Positions 16,442 through 24,474 of a stretch of 64,000 bases of DNA are shown piece by piece. The translations under genes and the position numbers were made by a program. The first letter of the stretch is position 1. Each line of letters starts with the position of its first letter. This stretch comes from Methanobacteriota archaeon (GTDB lineage Archaea; Thermoplasmatota; Thermoplasmata; SG8-5; JAGLSY01): NCBI GenBank assembly GCA_020696385.1, contig JAEHCQ010000001.1, positions 32,001-96,000 on the forward strand, given 5' to 3'. A model generated the notes under the pieces. It did no database searches. It was not told the origin of the DNA and was given only the letters and a program-made list of their open reading frames with translations.

Positions 16442-18025
16442 ATGGAAGTCGAAGAAAGATTGACCAAGCTGAAGCAGGCTTATGCAAATGGAAAGGTCAG
16501 GAAAGAGATATATGATGAGAACCTGGCCAAGCTGGAAGCAGAGCTTGCACAATTGAAAAAAGCTGAAATCGAAGCTGCTAAAGAAAAGCAGCTTGACATG
16601 GTCGATTGTTCCGTATGTGGTGCACCGAATCTGAAATCCGCAATATTCTGCAATGAATGCGGTATGGAGACAGGTGTGAAGTCAGAAGAATCTATCAAGA
16701 AAGAGGAAGGAATGGATGATCTTCTAGAAGATATCCTTCAAAGCGAGATCATCGAGGATAAGAAGGTGGATGCGAGCCTGGGTCTGGTTTCACAAAGTCC
16801 AGTGGCAGAGGGTGAGGATGAGGATGATCTTCTTCTGGATGATCTATTTGATTCACTTGTTCTGAAAGAGGAAGAGATCGAATGTCCATTATGCGGGACC
16901 AGTCTTCCGATGGGAACCCAGCTATGTCCCAATTGTGATGCCCAGATGACTGAGACTGGAGAATTGGTAGAAGAGATCTCCTTTGAATCACTGGCAGATT
17001 CAATAGAAGATGGATTATCCGAGCTGGAAGACATGGCGGAGGATCTCGCACTGGATGATGAGGTGGGAGAAGAACTTGATGATCTTTCCGATATCATGGG
17101 AAGTGTGGATACGGAGATACCACAAGCTGAAAAGGTTGCAATTGCAGAGCCAGCCCCCGAGCCAGTGACTCCGAAGCCTATGGCAAAAACCAAAAGAGTT
17201 GTGAAGTCAAAATCTGTAGCAAAGACCAAAAGTGCTGCGAAGCCAAAACCTGCTGTTCAAAAATCAGAGCCAACCCCGATAGAAGAGGACATCGATGTCG
17301 TACCAGGTGACATCGATGAAGAAAAGGTTTCCAAACTCCACCTGATAGGAATGCGGGTGATCGATCTGATAGTAATCATAACACTGATTGGCTTAATCGG
17401 TGTCTTCCTGGGATTCAAATTATATTATATCGAGAATTTCAATTCAATGAGTACTGGACTCTTCTTCGGAGTGGCACTTGGAGGAATGCTGGCAACATTT
17501 ATCTTATTCAGAATGAACACCTCGGCAGTTGCGGAAGGTGACCGGCTTTTCAAGGCTGGCAAATACGAGGAGGCTCTGGGATATTATGAGAGGGCCTGCA
17601 AACTGAGCAATAAGCCAGCCACTGCCTGGACAAGCAAAGGTGTCACACTCAAAAGATTAGGCGACCATGGTGGTGCACTTAGGAGCCACAATATCGCCAT
17701 AAAGCTCAACCCGAAAAATGAGATCGCCTGGAGCAATAAAGGAGATCTTCTGTTCAGGCTGAACAAGCATGATGAAGCACTTGAATGCTATGAGAATGCC
17801 CTTGATCTCAATTCAAGATATGCGATCGCCTGGAACAATAAAGGGACCACATTGGCAAGGATGGGGCGCTATGAAGAGGCTAAGGTATGCCAGGACATGG
17901 CAACACGCCTCAGGCCAAGGTATGCCGCGGCTTGGGTTAATAAGGGAGAGATATTGGCCAATCTCGGAAGGCGAGATGAGGCAATAGTCTGCTACAAGAG
18001 AGCGAAGAAGCTCATAGCAGCTTGA
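16442..18025 (+). CDS. Membrane protein: SHOCT-like N-terminus, two zinc ribbons, acidic linker, 2 TM helices, about 5 TPR repeats
   Basis: MEVEERLTKLKQAYANGKVRKEIYDENL; CSVC-x10-CNEC and CPLC-x10-CPNC; two TM segments; AWxxKG TPR repeats. The track's start (16190) overlaps the neighbouring gene, so 16442 is preferred. Confidence 0.8.
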   Translation: MEVEERLTKLKQAYANGKVRKEIYDENLAKLEAELAQLKKAEIEAAKEKQLDMVDCSVCGAPNLKSAIFCNECGMETGVKSEESIKKEEGMDDLLEDILQSEIIEDKKVDASLGLVSQSPVAEGEDEDDLLLDDLFDSLVLKEEEIECPLCGTSLPMGTQLCPNCDAQMTETGELVEEISFESLADSIEDGLSELEDMAEDLALDDEVGEELDDLSDIMGSVDTEIPQAEKVAIAEPAPEPVTPKPMAKTKRVVKSKSVAKTKSAAKPKPAVQKSEPTPIEEDIDVVPGDIDEEKVSKLHLIGMRVIDLIVIITLIGLIGVFLGFKLYYIENFNSMSTGLFFGVALGGMLATFILFRMNTSAVAEGDRLFKAGKYEEALGYYERACKLSNKPATAWTSKGVTLKRLGDHGGALRSHNIAIKLNPKNEIAWSNKGDLLFRLNKHDEALECYENALDLNSRYAIAWNNKGTTLARMGRYEEAKVCQDMATRLRPRYAAAWVNKGEILANLGRRDEAIVCYKRAKKLIAA

Positions 18026-18160
18026 ACACATCATCCTATGCCGGAAATTCCATAATGTCAGATTCTAAAATATTCCGGTTTATTCAATTGACAATTGCAC
18101 AAAACACATGCTGTTTGTAACTGGCCAGCATGAGAATCGAATATGAATAAAAACCCATTG

Positions 18161-18176
18161 GGAAGGTTTTTAAACA
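18161..18176 (+). promoter_or_regulatory. Putative BRE/TATA promoter of the KaiC-like/GTPase operon
   Basis: GGAAGG followed by TTTTTAAA, about 22 nt before ATG 18196. Confidence 0.45.
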
Positions 18177-18195
18177 TAAATGAGCATATGGGGGA

Positions 18196-18918
18196 ATGGT
18201 AGTCATGGTGGAAAGATTTAGAACATATATTGAAGGATTCGATGACAAGCTCGGAGGTGGGGTTCCAGATGAAAGCATCATCCTACTGGTCGGTGAGCCA
18301 GGGACCATGAAGTCCTCTGTTGCCTTCAATATGCTTTTCAATAATGCCAAGCAGGGTGGCTTGAATTCAGTCTACCTCACCCTGGAACAGAATACTGGCA
18401 GCCTGTCCAGACATATGAGAAGTATGGGCATGGACCCAGACCAGGTCTCGGATCATCTGGAGATCGTGGACATTGGCATTATAAGACAGCAACTGACGGA
18501 TATCAAGAAAGATACCTGGATCCAGGTTCTCAAGATGTACATTAAGAACCTGAAAGAAAAACTAGATTATGATGTTCTGGTGATAGATTCCTTACCAGTA
18601 CTGGATGTTCTGGCAAAGTTCGAGGATCCGAGAGAGGAGCTATTTCACTTCTTCGAATGGCTAAGAGGTCTGGGAATAACGACATTATTGATATCGGAAA
18701 TGGATCCAGATTCCAGATCATATGCTAAATACGATGAGGACTTCCTTGCAGATGGCATCATCTACCTGAGGATGGTGGAAAGCGGCGGAGTCAGCGTCCA
18801 GAGACAGATCAGATGTGTGAAGATGCGTGCGACCAACCACAATACGGATTTCTACACATTGATGTTCGATGGCGGCAAGTTCAAGATTACCAGAGTGATA
18901 GGAGATTCAAAGAAGTAG
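18196..18918 (+). CDS. Single-domain KaiC/RecA-superfamily ATPase (COG0467-like)
   Basis: TYIEGFDDKLGGGVP, variant Walker A GEPGTMKS, YLTLEQ, VLVIDSL, LLISE, ADGII, VKMR. Confidence 0.9.
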   Translation: MVVMVERFRTYIEGFDDKLGGGVPDESIILLVGEPGTMKSSVAFNMLFNNAKQGGLNSVYLTLEQNTGSLSRHMRSMGMDPDQVSDHLEIVDIGIIRQQLTDIKKDTWIQVLKMYIKNLKEKLDYDVLVIDSLPVLDVLAKFEDPREELFHFFEWLRGLGITTLLISEMDPDSRSYAKYDEDFLADGIIYLRMVESGGVSVQRQIRCVKMRATNHNTDFYTLMFDGGKFKITRVIGDSKK

Positions 18919-18928
18919 GGGATATAGT

Positions 18929-19465
18929 ATGACAGATAGAAAATACAAAACAAAGATATGCCTTGTAGGCGAAAGCGGTGTTGGCAAGACCAGCCTGATC
19001 AAGAAATATGTATTGGATATCTTTGATGACAAGTACATCACCACTATCGGGACCAAGGTTTCGAAAAAATCCCAGACCATTGATGTAGAAAATGAAAAAG
19101 TGGATATTGACATGATGATATGGGATATCATGGGCCAGTCAAGCTTCAGAGTTCTTCTTCAGGATGCTTATTTCTATGGAGCCCATGGAATAATCGCAAT
19201 ATGTGATGCAACAAGGCCAGAGACACTTCAAGACATTCATTCCTGGATAGACTCGACAAAGGAGGTCATCGGCGATGTTCCCATCGTTTTCCTTGCAAAC
19301 AAGAGTGACCTTGGTGATGAAGTGAAGATCACCAAGGAAATGATGGATAAGGAGCTGGAAAGATACAATATGCCAGCGATGATGTCAAGTGCCAAATCTG
19401 GCGAGAATGTGGAGAATGCCTTTAATACTCTTGGAAAGATGATCATCACCAATATATCGGATTGA
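18929..19465 (+). CDS. Rab/Ras-like small GTPase 1
   Basis: G1 GESGVGKT, G2 YITTIG, G3 WDIMGQ, G4 NKSD, G5 SAK. Confidence 0.92.
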   Translation: MTDRKYKTKICLVGESGVGKTSLIKKYVLDIFDDKYITTIGTKVSKKSQTIDVENEKVDIDMMIWDIMGQSSFRVLLQDAYFYGAHGIIAICDATRPETLQDIHSWIDSTKEVIGDVPIVFLANKSDLGDEVKITKEMMDKELERYNMPAMMSSAKSGENVENAFNTLGKMIITNISD

Positions 19466-19487
19466 TACACAGGTCGGGAGAGATGGG

Positions 19488-20300
19488 ATGCAAAAGAAAA
19501 TAATAAAAAAGATATGCCTCCTTGGCGATAACTCGGTTGGCAAGACCAGTCTGATCAAGAAATTTGTTTTCGACACCTTTGATGACAAGTACATTGCGAC
19601 CATCGGGACCAAGACAGTGAAGAAAGAAATGGAAGTGGATTATTTCGGAAAGCCATTGAACCTGACACTGATGATATGGGATATCATCGGGCAGAAGGAA
19701 TATCGCAATCTTCAGAACATGAGCTTCGAGGGAACCAGTGGCGCACTGGTCGTTTGTGATATGACACGACCAGAGACATTGAAAAGCCTGGAAGAATACT
19801 GGATAAGTGCATTGAAGGATATTGCAGGCAATGTCCCTATCGTCTTTCTGGCGAATAAATGCGATCTCGTGGACGAGGCAAAGGTTACCAGAGAAGAACT
19901 CATGGAAACATCAAAGCGCCATTCGGCCAATTTCTTCATGACCAGTGCCAAGACAGGAGAGAATGTTGAGACGGCTTTCAAGCTTCTCGGCAAGAAGGTC
20001 GTGGCCGGGAAAACTGATGGAGCAGTGGATGTAAAGGCCAAGGAAAACAAGATGAGCCCTGTGGAGGTGATGGACAATATAGTCGCCCACTTCTGCAAGA
20101 ATTCCAAGCAGGAAACTGATTATGCCATGTCCATAATCAGAAAACAATGCCAGGTTATTGGCCTGAATATAAACAACCCCACAAAGCAGTCCATGTTACA
20201 GCTGATTGAAAAGCTGGCAACAGTGGAGACCGATTTCTTATCCACATTCGAGGTCAATAAGAACAGGATCGAGAGAAAGGGTTTTGTTGCCAAGATGTGA
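19488..20300 (+). CDS. Rab/Ras-like small GTPase 2 with a ~90-aa helical C-terminal domain
   Basis: G1 GDNSVGKT, G2 YIATIG, G3 WDIIGQ, G4 NKCD, G5 SAK, plus an extra C-terminal domain. Confidence 0.92.
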   Translation: MQKKIIKKICLLGDNSVGKTSLIKKFVFDTFDDKYIATIGTKTVKKEMEVDYFGKPLNLTLMIWDIIGQKEYRNLQNMSFEGTSGALVVCDMTRPETLKSLEEYWISALKDIAGNVPIVFLANKCDLVDEAKVTREELMETSKRHSANFFMTSAKTGENVETAFKLLGKKVVAGKTDGAVDVKAKENKMSPVEVMDNIVAHFCKNSKQETDYAMSIIRKQCQVIGLNINNPTKQSMLQLIEKLATVETDFLSTFEVNKNRIERKGFVAKM

Positions 20301-20358
20301 GATCCCACTTTTTTCTTTTATTCAAGCCCCAACCTGCTCGCTCGGGCATTATGTATAT

Positions 20359-20949
20359 CTATGCTCGACCGTGGCTTTCACCCTTCACAAAAGCCGCTCC
20401 GATAAGGTGAGCCAGCCTTATCGCCTCAGGAAGCGCACCCCTCAATGTCGCATTGGCCAGCAATTCTTTAAGATCATCATATTCAATACCAGCGAAGCTT
20501 ACATAAACAGGTTTATTTTCCGTGTCAAATTCATGAATTTCCGAGGCTTTCATAAGCTTCAATCTGTACTCCCAATCATCAAAATGAGAACGCAATGCCT
20601 TCTCGATCTCGGAAAAGTCTGGCTTGTAGCGTGTTATCGTCGCAACCGCGATGCCAGTATCTGAATGGATACGCTTGATATCAACAACATTGAAGCCTCC
20701 AAGAGCTGCACCATCAATGACTATGAGTTTGAGCTGGCGCTTGTATCTGGAACGATTGACCATGCGTATCACCGCATCGGTGGAATCTAGACCATCGATG
20801 GTGATATCCGACATCATCACACCCTCGACATACCCTGGACAGCGAACGACCACACCCACCGCCTTTGTCTTGTCCTCGCCAAAGGTGAAGGATGCATCGT
20901 CAATGCCCAGAATCCTAACCTGGCTTTTTTGGGTCTTTCGGCCTTCCAT
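20359..20949 (-). CDS. DUF99 / UPF0215 endonuclease V-like protein
   Basis: RILGIDD, IDGLDSTD, DGAALGGFNVVD, PEAIRLAHLI. Start MEGRK. Confidence 0.85.
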   Translation of the reverse strand: MEGRKTQKSQVRILGIDDASFTFGEDKTKAVGVVVRCPGYVEGVMMSDITIDGLDSTDAVIRMVNRSRYKRQLKLIVIDGAALGGFNVVDIKRIHSDTGIAVATITRYKPDFSEIEKALRSHFDDWEYRLKLMKASEIHEFDTENKPVYVSFAGIEYDDLKELLANATLRGALPEAIRLAHLIGAAFVKGESHGRA

Positions 20950-21079
20950 GAATAGCCATATGATGTCCAATGAAATAAAAATATCGAATTGAAAATATGA
21001 TCGAAAAGAAGGGGAAGATATGTGAGCCATTGAAAGGCTCACATCCTCATGGTCTTGATTTCTACCATATGACGCAGAT

Positions 21080-22048
21080 CTAAGGGGTCATGAACTGGCC
21101 AACATCTCCGGTCATGGAAATGAACTCTCCAGTTGGGACATAAAATGCCTTAAGTGAATACAATGTATTTGATCTAAGGCCAGTCAATGATATGTAATCT
21201 CCAGGGTTTATCAAACCACCTGCTGCATTGTAATCAAAGTATGTAGCCTGGATCCCATTCGAATTACCGAAGAACATCACCGACTGTGGTGTCGGGGCAG
21301 TATTGCTGGGAATGGACATATATCCCAAATAAGTACCATTGGCATATACATAGATCCTGACATCTCTGGGTGCAATATCTGAGGTAAAACTAGCGAATAT
21401 AGCCCTGCCAGATGTTTGTGAGGTTGCTTCCACAACATTCCAGGAGCCTGCTGGCGTAGATACAGGGGTTAGTGTAGGGGAGGATGATAGGAAATAATCT
21501 TCCAGGGTCACATACCACTGTCCTCCAACATTATAGCATATCATAGATCCCTGATCCACTTCACCTCCAAAATCGCATTCATATACCACGACACAGAAGT
21601 CATCAATGGTTATACCAAATTGGTCAGCGATAAAATCCGCTCTCTGCTGAATATTATCCTGATCCCCAGTGGCCATATCTTCTCTGTAAAATACTTCAGT
21701 TTCCAGAACTGTGATGACATTGTCCTCGATCTCGCCTTCAAATTCAGTAACTATCTGTTCATATTGATCAGAGAAATAGTAAATAGTAAAATCTGTCATT
21801 GTCCTGGCATCACCTGCATTGTAGGCATCGAATAATCCAATGAATGAGCCATCTGGCGTGTATGAAATAACAGAGCTTGTCGGCGTCCCATCATCATCAT
21901 TCAAGGTCACAAAGGCAACGGCCAATGAACCAATAAGAACTACCACCACGAAAATAGCTGGCAGTATGCTTCCCAATTGGGATTTTGTAAACGATCTCGC
22001 AGGCCCCTGGCCCTCCGGCTGTACATCTAAATTATCTTCCACAGGCAT
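21080..22048 (-). CDS. N-terminally anchored extracellular protein (NTF2-like region plus beta-rich C-terminal domain)
   Basis: Single TM near the N-terminus, a Ser/Thr/Pro linker and a C-terminal GLINPGDYISL beta domain. Domain calls are tentative. Confidence 0.6.
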   Translation of the reverse strand: MPVEDNLDVQPEGQGPARSFTKSQLGSILPAIFVVVVLIGSLAVAFVTLNDDDGTPTSSVISYTPDGSFIGLFDAYNAGDARTMTDFTIYYFSDQYEQIVTEFEGEIEDNVITVLETEVFYREDMATGDQDNIQQRADFIADQFGITIDDFCVVVYECDFGGEVDQGSMICYNVGGQWYVTLEDYFLSSSPTLTPVSTPAGSWNVVEATSQTSGRAIFASFTSDIAPRDVRIYVYANGTYLGYMSIPSNTAPTPQSVMFFGNSNGIQATYFDYNAAGGLINPGDYISLTGLRSNTLYSLKAFYVPTGEFISMTGDVGQFMTP

Positions 22049-22114
22049 CTCATTCCCTCGTAAATGGGAATGAGTTCGTGATATATAACCTTAAGTTAAC
22101 AAGTTAAAAACAGA

Positions 22115-22139
22115 TCAAAGTGGTCGTCTCTCGACCTCC
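22115..22139 (-). repeat. Diverged duplicate of the radical SAM gene 3' end
   Basis: Encodes EVERRPL-stop versus the gene's EVERQPL-stop (22172-22196). Confidence 0.7.
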
Positions 22140-22171
22140 TTCTCAAAGAGGTCGGTATACAGCAGCCTCAT

Positions 22172-23239
22172 TCAAAGAGGCTGCCTCTCGACCTCCAATC
22201 TGTCAGCGGTCGGATATTCCTCCACAATAAAGCATTGGCAATCGATCTCTTCGGCTATCTCTTCCAACACCCAGGCAGCCAGTTCGATTCGATGCTTCTT
22301 AACATCGAATCTGATCAGATCATCAGGTATCTCGAATTCCTCCGAAATATCCTTCAATAGACCTTCAGGATCTTCGCACTCGATAACACCTTTGATAAAT
22401 GTCCCTTCATCACTGATGATCTCCAAAGGCGTCGCGGTGTTCTCCGCCCGGCGCATGATACGCCTCCGGAGCTGAATACCGTCTTTGAAGCTGGCGGAGC
22501 AGTAGTGGATGGTCATCGACCCTTCATGCTCTTTAATGATCTTACAGGCCATTTCCTCACTACCCTTTGCGGCACTTGATACATCATCCTTTATCTCATA
22601 CCCGTGGGCTTTCAGTTCCTGCCAATTGGACTCGGAGAACTCCAGCTCATTAAGATTTATGAAATCCACATCACATTCCTCTGCAAATCTCATGAGGGAT
22701 GTGGTCTCGGCCAGCATATCGGGAAGGGTGGGTATTTCCAGACCAGTATGCAATCCGTGTTTCTTCGCAGCCTCGATAGCAGACGGATAGCTCGTATAGG
22801 GGAACTTATCCCAGGCAGAAGGTGGTGGATGGAACCTTATTTCATCCAGACCAGCTTGAGCCAATTGGATTATCTTATCAATGTCAGGGGTAGCGGTGTA
22901 GAGATGTATATGATGGGATATTCCGAATGTATTCTTCAGTAATTTGATAAAGCGGATCGTCTGTTGAATGTCATCCATGGGATCACCTCCAGTTATGCCA
23001 GTCCCTTCAGCACCTATGGCCCTCGCCTCCAATATCAGATCACTATCATCTTCGGCTTTTAGTTCATCGGCATAAACAACCTTCTTGCCCTGCTTCTCCT
23101 CAGATAATGGACAGTAGAAACATTTGAAAAAGCACTGGCCAGTGACAAGGAGAACCATTTTTGAGCCGCGCTCGCACATGATGCATCCGGTCGGGAGTTC
23201 TCCCTTGAATAGAGAGCCATTATCCATCTCTTTTAACAT
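22172..23239 (-). CDS. Radical SAM protein (archaeal COG2108-like)
   Basis: GCIMC, TGQCFFKCFYCP (CxxxCxxC), GITGGDP, LDEIRFHP, FINLNELE. Confidence 0.88.
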   Translation of the reverse strand: MLKEMDNGSLFKGELPTGCIMCERGSKMVLLVTGQCFFKCFYCPLSEEKQGKKVVYADELKAEDDSDLILEARAIGAEGTGITGGDPMDDIQQTIRFIKLLKNTFGISHHIHLYTATPDIDKIIQLAQAGLDEIRFHPPPSAWDKFPYTSYPSAIEAAKKHGLHTGLEIPTLPDMLAETTSLMRFAEECDVDFINLNELEFSESNWQELKAHGYEIKDDVSSAAKGSEEMACKIIKEHEGSMTIHYCSASFKDGIQLRRRIMRRAENTATPLEIISDEGTFIKGVIECEDPEGLLKDISEEFEIPDDLIRFDVKKHRIELAAWVLEEIAEEIDCQCFIVEEYPTADRLEVERQPL

Positions 23240-23377
23240 ATGCCACCTGATTGGTCTTTATATATTAGTGAATTTGGTTAACACTCTACGAATTTGGAAT
23301 TTTTAGGCTCAGTATAATCACATTGTTTTTGAGCCTGAAAGTTCCAGCATAGTATTTATTTACAAGAAGGATTTGTA

Positions 23378-24454
23378 GTGGATTGGATGCAAGCCATTGA
23401 AGGCGATATGGTTGGAGACCATATCATCATAAAAGATGAGGCTGAGGCCAGCCAGATATATAGCAAGGGCTATTTTGGAATAAATCAGTCAGGCGGTTCT
23501 CTCAAGCTGGATATCATCGAGGCCATATATCTTGTTGAGATCGGAAAGCTGGAAGTGAAAAAAGGCAAAAGCCAGATCGACCTGGAGAAATTGTACAGGC
23601 TTGGTCACAGCACGATCGAGAATTTTGAGATTAAATATCTCGTTTACCGAGATATTAGGCAAAGAGGATACGTGGTAAAGCCAGGCTCAAAGCCTCTGGA
23701 CTTCAGAGTACTGCCAAGAGGTGGTGTTCCGGGCAAGAACCCATCCAAATTCTGGGTGCTAGCCATCTCGGAAAGAGAGAAGTTCGAACTGGAGGAGATC
23801 ATAGATATCGTCAAGAGGGTGAGGAAGGTGAAAAAGGACCTTCTGATAGCCGTGGTTGATGAAGAGAGTGATCTGACATATTACAAATCGAAAGTCATCA
23901 TACCCAAAGGACACATAGAACCAACAGCGGATTTTCATATCGCTGATGCCTTATTCCTGATGGATAGGGTACTGATACTTGACAAGAACCAGGCAACGAT
24001 GTTACATTCAATAGAGTTCTTTGGAAAACCCATAGGTGATTATCTGCAATTATCCCTTCTTGAGACCGCACATCTCATGGATCGTGGTATCATAAAGGTA
24101 AAATCCTCGACAACCAGCCGCGCGATATCCAATAAAAAATTCAAGGAAGAGGCCAGGAAGGTACAGGGTGATTTCGATCTGAGGTTCGAAATATACAATG
24201 ACCTCAAAAAATGCGGTCTGCTTGTCAAGACCGGATTCAAATATGGCTCACACTTCAGAGCTTATGAAGGCGATCCAGATCACAACCATGCCAAATACCT
24301 GATACATGGCATGCCCCAGGATTTTGTGGGCATGTGGGCGGAGATTAGTAGAGCTGTGAGACTGGCACATGGTGTTAAGAAAGACATCTTACTTGCAAGG
24401 AAGAAGGGCAAGGAAGATGCAGAATACTTGAGATTGCGCAGAGTGAGACCATAG
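23378..24454 (+). CDS. endA: tRNA-intron endonuclease, homodimeric alpha2 type
   Basis: Two tandem EndA units; the C-terminal unit has KTGFKYGSHFRAY...H and RLAHGVKK catalytic motifs. Confidence 0.93.
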   Translation: MDWMQAIEGDMVGDHIIIKDEAEASQIYSKGYFGINQSGGSLKLDIIEAIYLVEIGKLEVKKGKSQIDLEKLYRLGHSTIENFEIKYLVYRDIRQRGYVVKPGSKPLDFRVLPRGGVPGKNPSKFWVLAISEREKFELEEIIDIVKRVRKVKKDLLIAVVDEESDLTYYKSKVIIPKGHIEPTADFHIADALFLMDRVLILDKNQATMLHSIEFFGKPIGDYLQLSLLETAHLMDRGIIKVKSSTTSRAISNKKFKEEARKVQGDFDLRFEIYNDLKKCGLLVKTGFKYGSHFRAYEGDPDHNHAKYLIHGMPQDFVGMWAEISRAVRLAHGVKKDILLARKKGKEDAEYLRLRRVRP

Positions 24455-24474
24455 TTGATCTTTCACCTTCCCTA

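Noticed and set aside
18196-18918. Circadian clock gene kaiC
   Set aside because: Single domain and no kaiA or kaiB here; it belongs to the broader archaeal KaiC-like family.
18929-20300. Eukaryotic contamination or true Rab orthologs
   Set aside because: Intronless and operonic within an archaeal gene context; no prenylation motif and RabF motifs are divergent.
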